Assembly: GCA_977017575.1 (NCBI GenBank)
Contig: CDRNVI010000184.1
Span: forward strand, 62,001-126,000
Direction: 5' to 3'
DNA: 64,000 bases
DNA from: Paramoeba atlantica
Taxonomy: Eukaryota > Protista > Discosea
Of this stretch, positions 1-10,041 are shown one piece after another. Below the pieces are notes generated by a model, which worked only from the letters and a program-made list of their open reading frames with translations, was not told where the DNA came from and ran no database searches. A program made the position numbers and the translations under genes. Within the stretch, counting starts at the first letter, position 1. Each line of letters starts with the position of its first letter.

Positions 1-291
1 TTTGAAGAAGTGTGAAAATCAAAACAGATTACATCTTAGCCCTATCTGCTAAAAAGTTGAGGATAAATTCCTTTATAAGGAGCTTTGAATTATTCTCTCT
101 TCTGATGTGCATTCTCCAGCCTGAACTTGCAGAAGTTCTAAAGTTCAGTATAAAGACTGACTGAACTAAGCTGAAGTTTAAAACTTCATCTCTCGTTAGA
201 AGTTAAAAACAAACTAAATTTAATGTAATTCAAATGGCTTAAATTAAGAACTACTAATTGAATAAAGTTTGCCTCAAAAAGAAAAAAAAAA
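1..291 (+). mobile_element. SINE2 copy, 3' part (cut by window edge)
   Basis: Matches the 3' two-thirds of the TSD-flanked SINE2 at 30715-31140; ends AATAAAGTTTGCCTC plus A-tail. Confidence 0.9.
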
Positions 292-520
292 GAATTAAAG
301 GTCTTTAAACCATTTGAACCTAAAGAGGTGAAACTCTATCCTCATTATTTTTAACCTTAAAAAATTAGTGGCTTTGGGTTAAGTTATCACCTAATAAAGT
401 CTAGTGTTAAAAAGAAAAAAAAGAGGTGAAATTCTATCTTCATTATCTTTAACTTTAAAAAATTAGTGGCTTTGGGTTAGACTATCACCTAATAAAGTCC
501 AGTGTTAAAAAGAAAAAAAG
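292..520 (+). mobile_element. Two stacked 5'-truncated SINE1 3' fragments (292-420, 422-520)
   Basis: Each matches the SINE1 tail (gaggtgaaactctatc...aataaagtccagtgtt plus A-tail), and each starts just after the A-tail of the previous element. Confidence 0.85.
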
Positions 521-616
521 TGACAAAGTGAGAAACTTTAGAGGTGTTCCTCTCCCATCTTCCTCCACTGGTGTCCCTTCCTCCTCCTCCTCCACTGGTG
601 TCCCTCCCCCTTCTTC

Positions 617-933
617 TTTTTAACACTGAACTTTATTAGATGATGGCCTAACCCAAAGCCACTAATTTTTTAAGATTAAAGATAACTAGGATAGAGTTTC
701 ACCTCTTTAGGTTCAAATGGTCTAAAGACCTTTAATTCACTCAAACTCCTTCTCAGGGAATTTATTCTCTGCTTTTTAGCAGACAGGGCAGAGAATAATC
801 TGTTTTGTTTTTCACATTCAAGTGAGCAGGAAAAGAAAATAATATTTTTAATATTTTCCTCTTTGGGATTTGAACCTGCAACCCTGAATTGAAGCAATAG
901 CTGTTTTACTAACTAAGCCATCATGCCACAATT
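617..933 (-). mobile_element. SINE1, full length, tRNA-derived head
   Basis: On the minus strand: A box TGGCTTAGTT(A/G)G, B box GGTTCAAATCC, AATAAA and A-tail; 17-bp TSD 600-616 / 934-950 with 2 C/T mismatches. Confidence 0.92.
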
Positions 934-1164
934 GTTCCTCTCCCTTCTTCCTCCACTGGTGTCCAAAGTGTCCTTCCCTCTGAAGATGTCTTTGATAAAG
1001 TTCCTAGATCACAAGCCAAAATAGCAATCCAGAAAAAGAACATCACCAGCCTGCAAAACTAAAAAAACACTACCTCTTTTAGTAATTCAGACAAACATGA
1101 ATTTTTAACTTTTTCATTCAGTTCTCATTCTAGCAATGGCCAAAGAATTGTTGATTCCCCTTTT

Positions 1165-1482
1165 TCTTTTTAACACTGGACTTTATTAAGTAATGACCTA
1201 ACCCAAAGCCACTAATTTTTTAAAGTTAAAAATAACAAGGATAGAATTTCACTTCTTTAGGTTCAAATGGTCTAAAGACCTTTAATTCACTTAAACTCCT
1301 TCTCAGGGAATTTATTCTCTGCTTTTTAGTAAACAGGGCAAAGAATAATCTGTTTTGTTTTTCACATTCAAGTGAGCAGGAAGAGAAAATAATGTTTTAA
1401 TATTTTCTTCTTTAGGATTTGAACCTACAACCCTGAATTGAAGCAATAGCTGTTTTATCAACTAAGCCATCATACCACAATT
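1165..1482 (-). mobile_element. SINE1, full length
   Basis: Near-identical to 617-933; TSD aattg(t/c)tgattcccc..ttt at about 1146-1164 and 1484-1503. Confidence 0.9.
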
Positions 1483-1733
1483 AAATTGCTGATTCCCCCT
1501 TTTCCTCTTGATTTCAAGATGCTGACCTTGATGGAAGCCCAAAATTGTCTCCTGATGACCCTCAGGGAAGCTTCTCTATTGTTTAAAAGGAAAAAAAAGA
1601 AAAGTTTAAAGAAAAAAGAAAAAAAAAAAAAAAAAAAAAAAAAACAGAAAAAAAAGAAAAAAAGTCAAAAGAAAGTTCTAAGTCAGAAGTTAATTAAAAA
1701 AAAGGAAAGAAATACCAAAAAATAGAACAAAAG

Positions 1734-4145
1734 ATGGTGAATAAAAAGAAAAAAAAAGGAAAAAAGAATAATCAAAATATCAGAAAATATGGACTCTTTC
1801 AACCCCTCTCCCTAAGATCTAATGTTCAACTTCAACCCTCTCCTTTAACAATTGTTAACAAATCCCAACTAATCTCTCAACTCTTCAATCCCCCCACCTC
1901 CCTCAACTCCCCTTTCCCCCAAGAGAAACTGTGTGATTCTCAAATCCTTGCTCTGGAATCCAATCCCCCTGAGTTACCACAAATTTGTTATTTTTCTCAG
2001 TTCTCTGACCTAAGAGTTCTCTCCTGGAATATAAATGGGTTGCAAAATAAAGAAAAACTCAAGATCTGCAAGAGAATGGCAGCTAGCTCCTGGCTCTTGT
2101 TCATCTTCCTCCAGGAAACCCATGCAACATCTGAAAATGATCTTGATCATCTCAAGAACCACTTGAGGAAGTACATTTGGTTTCATAACTTCTTCTCCAA
2201 GAGGAAACGTGGCCTTGTGATTGGAATTAGATGTGTGGAAGGATTAAGAGATCCCTCTCCCTTCTTTTTTGAAAAAAATGAAGGTGGATTGTTTGGTTTA
2301 AAAGTTTTCATCCAAAATCAAGAATTCTCAGCCCTCAATGTTTATCACCACCCTGGTCTGAAACTAAAACACCTAATGGAAAAATCCTCCTGGTTTTTTT
2401 CTCCCCAGAACAAAAATATTCTAGTTGGGAACCTCAATTGGAACTTAAATGAAACCAATTGCCAGAAATTAATTGAACACCTCTCTGATCTGAATCTATC
2501 TTGCCTCAACTGGTTAGAACTTACCCATTTTCAAGGTCAATGCATTGACCACATCTTCTTTCTCTCTAAGGCTCCTGAAGATCATTTGTTTGTGAATGCA
2601 ATCCCATTTGGATTCAAAGATCATACTGTAATGATTGGAGGGGCCAGTGTAAAAGAGTGAAAGATCAACTCTCAGAAGAAGAAGATTCCTGAATATCTAA
2701 TTAATAACCCCAAATTTATTTTTGCTCTTTTTGAAGCTGTTGGAAACTACTCTGTAGGTGACCCTGTGATCTGTCTTAATAAAATGAAATCTGAAGCCTG
2801 GAGATTAACTGCTCTGTGGAAGGACAAGCACAAGGAAGCTCATTTCTTTAAGAAATTTTGGAAACTGCAAACTTTAGTTAAGAAGCTAAGAACAACTTGA
2901 ATCCTTAGAAAGGATAGCCTAGCCCACCCCTTCACCTCCTTAGAAGCTGAACTGAGAGAAGCAGCTGCTGAGAATTGGAATAACCCTTTGAAAGGGCAGA
3001 AATGGAAATTAAAGATTATTTCTTAAATGATTAAAGTTGGTCTCCCCCAAGGTGAGAGGAGTGATTGTTGATGACATTTTGTCTCATAACTCATCTACTA
3101 TGAGAGAAGCTATTAAAGGCTTTTGGGGTGATCTTTTGGGAACTGAATGTCCTTATAATCTTAAAGCCCTTGATGAACTTCTTAACAACCACCCCTTCTG
3201 CTTTCCAGACTCTGAAAATCATACAGTAGACCTTCTGAAAGTTGAGAAGCTACTCTTTCAAGCCAACAATACCAGTGCAGGCCCTGATGGAATTTCCTTC
3301 TCCCTCTATCAGAAAACTTATAAGAAATATCAAGAGATGTGAGTTGAACTGATCCAACAAGCAAGAGAAAGTATGAAATTCCCTGACTTCTTTGGAGAAA
3401 GCTAATTGTGTTTGATTCCCAAGGTTTTTTTCTTTTTAACACTAGACTTTATTAGATGATAGCCTAACCCAAAGCCACTAATTTTTTAAGGTTAAAAATA
3501 ATGAGGATAGAGTTTTACCTCTTTAGGTTCAAATGGTTCAAAAACCTTTAATTCACTTAAACTCCTTCTCAAAGAATTTATTCTCTGCTTTTTAGCAGAC
3601 AAAGCAGAGAATAACCTGTTTTATTTTTCACATTCAAGTAAGCAGGAAGAGAAAATAATGTTTTTAATATTTTCCTCTTTGGGATTTGAACCTGCAACCC
3701 TGAATTGAAGCAATAGCTGTTTTACCAACTAAGCTATCATACCACAATTATGTTTTTAATATTTTTAATATTTTCCTCTTTGGGATTTGAACTTGCAACC
3801 CTGAATTGAAGCAATAGCTGTTTTACCAACTAAGCCATCATGCTACAATTGATTCCCAAGGTTGAGAACATTCCTCACCCTGATCAGTTCAGATCTATAA
3901 GTGTAACAAACTCTGATTATCAAATTGTAATGTGATATTGGGCTTTTTGGTTTTCTGAAATTGCAAGTGGAGTAATCTCTAATACTCAACATGCAATGTT
4001 CAAGAGGAAATCAATTGATGCAGCTGTAGAAACTATTTATGATGCTTTCTATGAAGCTTTGACTGATGGACAAGATATTACTCTTCTTCAAACTGACTTT
4101 TGCAAGGCTTATGACTATGTAAACTGTGATGCTCTGATTCACATT
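1734..4145 (+). pseudogene. LINE-B ORF2 (K/P-rich extension, APE endonuclease, partial RT), disrupted
   Basis: ORF 1734-2660 has SWNING, LQETH, GNLNWN, THFQGQCIDH and FKDH; the frame continues through TGA/TAA stops; interrupted by a SINE1 at 3427. Confidence 0.9.
3427..3848 (-). mobile_element. SINE1 with tandemly duplicated tRNA-like head
   Basis: Full SINE1 plus a second ~100-bp A/B-box head, all inside a perfect 15-bp TSD ttgattcccaaggtt (3412-3426 / 3849-3863). Confidence 0.92.
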
Positions 4146-4599
4146 TAAGCCATTTTTGGACCCAGATTTTGTGGTGAAAATTGGTTTTTCATTTCTTTTG
4201 ATCTTTCTTTTGCTTTTTCTGCTTTCTTTTCTTTCGTTTTACAATTGAATTTGGTTGTTGGTGAATCCTGCCCATTTTCCCTGACTGATTTTGGATTATT
4301 AGCAAGAAAGTTCCAGTTTTTGTGATTTTTCCCTTCTTTTCTTAAGGTGGTGACTTTCAAACCTCTTCTTTTGTGACTCCTTTTGTTTTATTTCATCCCT
4401 TTGTAACTCTTGAGGATATTTGAGACCCAAATAACTGGTTTGGAAACTTGTTTCTCTTTTCTTGGCTCTGTTTTGGTCAATTTTTGAGAAAAAGAACCCT
4501 GATTTGAAGCACTTGTGTTTTGGAATCGATTTTAGCACTGATTTTGGCCCCATTCTCTTTCCTTGTTGATTTTCAAGGTTATTTAAAGCTTCAAACAAA

Positions 4600-5850
4600 T
4601 TTTTGGAAATTTATCTTGATTTTTGACCTTGTTTTGTTGGAATTTCCGGAAATTTCCTCTTTTGGGGTGAATTCTGTTTCAAGGCTGTTTTTTTGTTGGT
4701 TTTTTCTCTTTGTTTGTCTTTTATTGATTCTCAAGGTGATTCAAAGCTTTTGACGAATTTTTAGAATTCAATTCCCTCTCTCGACCTTGTTTTGGTGGAA
4801 TCTCTGAAAAAAGAAAAATACTCTTATTTGAAACAATTGAGCTTCAAAGTTGTTTTCTTTTGATTTTGCTTTTCGACCTTGCTTTTTGACGATTACTAGA
4901 ACAATTCAAAGTCCCCTGCAAATTTTCAGAATTTGATTCTCTTTTTGGACCTTGTTTTGAATTGGATTCCCCTTTTGACCTTGTTCTTGTGGAATTTGTG
5001 AAAAGACTTATTTGAATCAATTGTGTTTCAGATGTGTGTTCTCAATAGTCTTCTCTTCTATTTTGTTGTAGGCAATTCTTGAAGTGTTTGAAAGCTTTTG
5101 GTGACCTTTTAGAAATTTATTCCTTGTTTCAACCTTGTTCTGGCAGAATTTCTAAAAGATTTCTCTCTTTGAGTTCTTGTGTTTTGGAAAATTTCTCTCT
5201 TTGAGCCCTTTGTGTTTTGGAATTGTTTTTGGACAGTTTCTTTTCCCTTTCTTGTTTGTTGGCAACTCTTGAGGTGTTTGGGAGTTACCAAGTGGCTTTT
5301 CAGAAGGTTATCCTCTATTCTGATCTTGTTCTGGTGAAATTTTTGAAGAATCTCTGTTTTGGACAATTTGAAACAATTATATTTGGACTTGTTTTCTCTA
5401 GTAATTTCTTTCCCTTTATTTTGTCCTCTGGCAATCTCCAAGACATTTCAAACAATCCCTGTAATTTTTGGAAATTTATCCTCCTTTCTGGGCTTGTTCT
5501 TGCGGAAATTCAAAAACTTCCTTACAGTGATTGGATCTTGTTTTGAACTATTCTTTTGAGTGGTTTTCTCTTCCCTTCTCTTGCTTTTCAATGATTCTAG
5601 TGGCAACCTAAGACTCTTGATAATTTCTGAAGTTTTGTTCTCTTTTTGAAGTTGTTTGAGCAATATTTTGGAAACACTTCATTTTGGCCGATTCTGAGCA
5701 AGGTCATCCAGATCAGTTCTATTCTGTGGTTTTCTTTCCTCTTATTTTGTTCTTAGTTGATCTTTGAAACATCTTGAACAATCCCCATAATTTTTGGAAA
5801 TTTATCCACTGTTTTGTGCCCTGTTTGCGGAATTTTTGAAAACCACACAT
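4600..5850 (+). repeat. Degenerate ~160-190 bp tandem subrepeats in the long Gypsy-1 leader
   Basis: Motif ttt(t/c)(g/a)gaa..ttat(c/t)c....t..(g/a)ccttgtt.tg..ggaat recurs near 4601, 4759, 4923, 5107, 5297, 5466 and 5792. Confidence 0.65.
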
Positions 5851-7258
5851 TGACTGAATTGCCCTCTGAATTGCTCTGCTTAGTAGCTTTATTGTTCTTG
5901 TTTTGTTCTTCGATGATTCTATTAGCATTAAAAGGTTTTCAACAAATTTGAGAAGTTTGTTCCCCTCTTTTGAGCCTGTTTGAGTGACACTCCAGAAATA
6001 CCCTATTTGGCTGATTTTCAAGTTAATTAAATTTGAAGTCATTTCCTTTAGTGGTCTTTCAGTTCTCTGCTTACTCCTTTGGCGATTTGCAAAACATTGT
6101 TACTCCTTTTGATGATTTCTTTAGAAATTACCCTCAATCTCAGTTCTGTTTTGGTGGTATTTCGTAAAGTTTTGTTTGTGTGACTGTAAGGATTCCTGAT
6201 TTTTCTTTTATGACCTGCTGATTTTGAGTGTGTTCTCCCCTTCATCCTTGAGTTGAATTTGTGGACAACCTTCCTTGTAGAATTTTGTGGGATGGAAAAG
6301 ACCTTTCTGAGATCATATTCTTTCTGAATCATTTTTGAGCCAATTCTTGGATTCTCAAATATTTCATCTGATTTCCTGAGTTTGTGATTGAACCTTGCAT
6401 TGTTTGAGTCAGTATTGGTGACAAATCACTTCTAAATTTATTGAAGTTCTCTCTTGGATTGGACTTTCTTCAGAAACAATCCCTTTGTTGGTTATTCTGG
6501 ACTCTCATTGTTCTGTGGGCTCCAAGTTTCAGATATTCTCTTGTATTTTCCACCAGAGTGACTTTCTGTTTTTGTATTTGGATTACTGAGTTCTTTTGTG
6601 GCCTTGTTTGCTCTTTACCCAAGTGAGATGACAAGACACCCCTCTCTTCTAAACTCTTTCCTGTTGTTTTAGAGTGGAAGTTTTGGAATTTCTCACTGTT
6701 TTTCGGCCCTGAAACCTTACAATTCCATCCTGCTTTGCAATTTTCGAGTTTCTGGCATCTTGTTCCCTTTTTCTTTTGAATTGAATGACAACATAAGACA
6801 TTTTTGAATTATTGTTGTTGGATAATCATTTGTTTGCTGGGATTTTCTGGGATTATTTTTTTTTGATTCCTTTGATTCCTTCTGTGCTGTTTCCAATTGC
6901 TGAACTTTCCTATATTTCTCTGATTTGTTCATTATTGGAACTGTTTGTGACAAAGTCCTTTTGAATTCCTTCTGTTTTTTGGATTTTGCGGATTTTTGAG
7001 CATCCCAGAAGTTTAGTTTTCTTCAACCAGTATTCATTCCAGCAAAATCCCTTGAATCTTTGTGGTCCAATTCCTTTGCCTGGATTGAGGAATTAAATTT
7101 TCTGGAAATCTTCCTTGAAATTACTGGCTTATTGTGTGGAAAATCCTTTGTTTTGATTTCTTTCTTGAGTTACCTTGCCTGACTGGACCAACCTTGAATT
7201 ATACACTGTATTTTGTAACTCTGGGACATCTTGTTTTTTGTCCAGCTTGAATTGGATT

Positions 7259-7330
7259 TGTGACTTCTATGACTTCTATGACTTCTGTAACTTCCATGAG
7301 TTCTGTGACTTCTGTGACTCCTGTGACTAC
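7259..7330 (+). repeat. 9-bp minisatellite (tgtgacttc)~8
   Basis: Seen directly, about 120 bp upstream of the gag ATG. Confidence 0.85.
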
Positions 7331-7451
7331 ACGCAACTATTTCATTTGTTTGGAATCTTGGATCATATTTTTTTTTCAGGAGATTATCATCATGTCAACT
7401 GAGAAGTGAAACCATAATGAACCCACAGAAGAAGCCAAGAAGAGGAGGAAG

Positions 7452-7594
7452 ATGGCGATGGAAACCACAACCTTGAAACAAGTTTTGAGTTTCACTACAA
7501 AGTTGGATTCACTCACCAGAGATTTTGTACAGTTTACAAAGAAATTGCAGCACTTGCAAGATATCTATGGTTGGGACGACTCTCTCACCTTCAA
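7452..7594 (+). pseudogene. gag: Gypsy-1 gag, N-terminal part (split by LINE-A)
   Basis: MAMETTTLKQ...GWDDSLTFK continues in frame as IFNTKWISNQF after the second TSD copy at 14190. Confidence 0.8.
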
Positions 7595-7706
7595 AAAAAA
7601 AATCGGGTTGGTTCAAGGAGACTTTCCTTGCCCAATCTGATTTTCTTTCCTTCACCTGCCGTGTTGGTGAAACCCCGCCTAGTTGAGCACTTCAGAGAAA
7701 TCTGTT

Positions 7707-9739
7707 ATGTCCAGTGGAAAGAGTACATCCTCTTCCCCTAAGGGCTCCCAGAATGGGTCCCACTCCCCCTTGTATTCAAAGAACGAAAAAAAAACACAAA
7801 CCCAAGTGGGAATTCTGAAGAAATTCCAATCAAATCGACCTCGAAGAGAGCACCTGAGGAAGGATGGTGGTCGTGAGTCGAGAAAGAAATACCGAAGACC
7901 TTGTCCCATATTGGAACTGAGGTTAACCCTGTGAAGAACAACACAATAATCCGCCCCATCTTTGTAATGGGTTCCTTTTGTTTCTATGAAGGAATGCCAA
8001 ACTATCAGAGAGCAATGGCCACACTCAACAAAGTCCCTAAGCTGAGAGGGAACTTCCTCTTGCGTATTATGAAAGGCCACCTCAACGTGGCCACCTTTGA
8101 TGAAGAAACACACGAACCCCTGGAGAAAGTCATTCTGGAAAATGGTTCCTTCCTCACAACTGGTTTTGGGAAGCCCTTTGTCTGGAAGAACAACCAGGAT
8201 TGGAATTTATGGGGCTTTAAACTCCGTATCCCCTTTTTAATCAAAGGGGAAGAGTGGATCCAAAGATTGTTTATTGGCAAATCTGCTCTTCCTCGCCATG
8301 GATTAAGAGAGGTGGCTCAGATCAGCAACGATTGTATTGTCATCTTCTATGATGTAATCCCTCTTATTCTGACATGTATTATTGCCAAGCACAGAGGTTC
8401 TTTTATTATTAACAATGAGTTCCAAGGTAGGATCTCTCTGTGGACCCCTATGAGTCCCTTTCACAAGAAAGTAAATTGCCAAGTGTGTGAGATTTCACAC
8501 TCAAGGCATTTAAAATGTGCGAAGGAGATTGTGGACAAGGAGGGAGAGGGAGGAATCATCAAAAAGTTAAATAATGAGACAGACTCTCAGAGGAAATCTC
8601 CTTCCCTTCCTGTGACGATCACGAAATTGAGGGAACAGTCTCATAAAAGATTTATTATTCCTACAGAGTCCTCGACTAATCAAGAGAACCAAGGTACAAA
8701 TCTCTCTCTGTCCCAATTTCCCATATTATCAAATCCCAATCAGAGGGCACCACCCTCAATGAAGTCTGCTGACCCTCGTCCCCCATCTACAACCCCGATG
8801 GAGGTCGATCAAAGCACAAACGTGAGGGAAACCGCTCTTCGAGAAGGTTCCTCCAAGGAAAAATCAGCCCCTTCAAGAAGTAATCAACCCAAATCTTCAC
8901 TCAAGACTACTAAACCTTGTAAGGAATCACCCTCCCAAACTCCAGCCACATCATCTCGCTCGGGCAGTACGTCAGAAACCCCAACAATCCCTCAAAAAGA
9001 TATGATGGATTTCCTTGAAGACATTGTTGCTGAAACTGACCCTGAGAGGGGGGTTATTTTAATTGAGGATGAGGACGAGATTTCCCCAGACGTGAACAGA
9101 CCTCGATTCTCATCCGATCCAATTTCTGGGAGCAAATGGTTGATGACTATCCACGACACTGAAGGGGCTTGGAAAATATTAGATGGGGCGAATTTCCAGT
9201 GTGAGTGGGAGAGGACTGAAGATAGCCTTGAGAAGTTGAAGAGTGAGTTGGAAAAAGGACAGCTTAAATGGGAGTCGAGTTTTGATGCAGACTTCCTTGG
9301 CCACATTATTGATAGGGTGGTTGAGGAACTGAAATTAAAGCCGAAATCCAGACTGAGGAAGAGGGTGGTGTTGGAAGAAACAGTTGAGGAGAAGGAACCA
9401 ACTTCTACTGGGACCAAACCACTACCTGTAACCAAGAAGCCAGCGAAGAAGAAGAAAAAGAAAAGTAGGGAAGAGGAGAAAGGGAAAGAGGAGATAGAAG
9501 AAGAGAAAGATGAAGAGGAAAAAACAAAGGAAAATGACCGTGATAAGAGTGTCCCCACTGGTGTCCCCAGGAAGGAAAAAGCGACTTTTCCTTTTTCGGA
9601 GATCCCCGCCTCAAACGGTTTCGCGGTTCTTGGAGATTTGCATCAAATAGAATGGGGTGAGACAGTGTTGACGATGGACAGTGCTCGATTCCCTGAGTCA
9701 AGCAATGTTTCATCCTCCTCATCTTCCCCCCCCTCATAA
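7707..9739 (+). CDS. LINE-A ORF1 (conserved N-domain, CX2CX3HX5C knuckle, S/P-rich and K/E-rich tail); 1-nt frameshift in the A-run near 7790
   Basis: ORF track 7901-9739. Copy 2 is open through the N-terminus (37504-38265) and has one extra base at this A-run. Homologous to LINE-B and LINE-C ORF1. Confidence 0.85.
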
Positions 9740-10041
9740 AGGAAAGAATGAAAGGAAAGAAAAACAACAACAATTTAAAATCTTTCTTTCCATCACTGAA
9801 GGACCCTTGTGCTTCCTCTGACTCTTCTGTTATTGATCTTCATCAAAAAACAAACCTTGCCTCCCCAACCCCTCAAGCACCTGTCTTGGTGTCCCAACCC
9901 CCTTCATCTTCTTTCCTTCCCCCCTTCCCTGCACCACCACTTCCAAACCTGTATCAGTATAACAAATTCCCAGACATGAGGATTTTATCATGGAACATCA
10001 ATGGTGTTCACAATGATGAAAAACTCAACCTTTGCCGTTGA

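Larger units (their letters stand above)
521..4145 (+). mobile_element. LINE-B fragment (ORF1 C-terminus, ORF2 endonuclease and start of RT) carrying three SINE1 insertions
   Basis: Collinear with the full-length LINE-B at 29657-43772; has the ORF1 GVPPPSSST repeat, APE motifs SWNING/LQETH and RT motifs SAGPDG/LIPK/LQTDF; breaks off at VNCDALIHI. Confidence 0.9.

Noticed and set aside
421-436. agaggtgaaattct resembling a conserved 18S rRNA motif
   Set aside because: Only ~14 nt, other SINE1 copies read gaggtgaaactct, and there is no flanking rRNA similarity.
870-933. SINE heads as functional tRNA genes
   Set aside because: A and B boxes are present, but I could not form a full cloverleaf or acceptor stem, and they continue into a SINE body with A-tail and TSD.
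5719-7150. Antisense ORFs in the Gypsy-1 leader as an extra gene
   Set aside because: The minus strand is T-poor, so long stop-free frames arise by chance; no recognisable motif.
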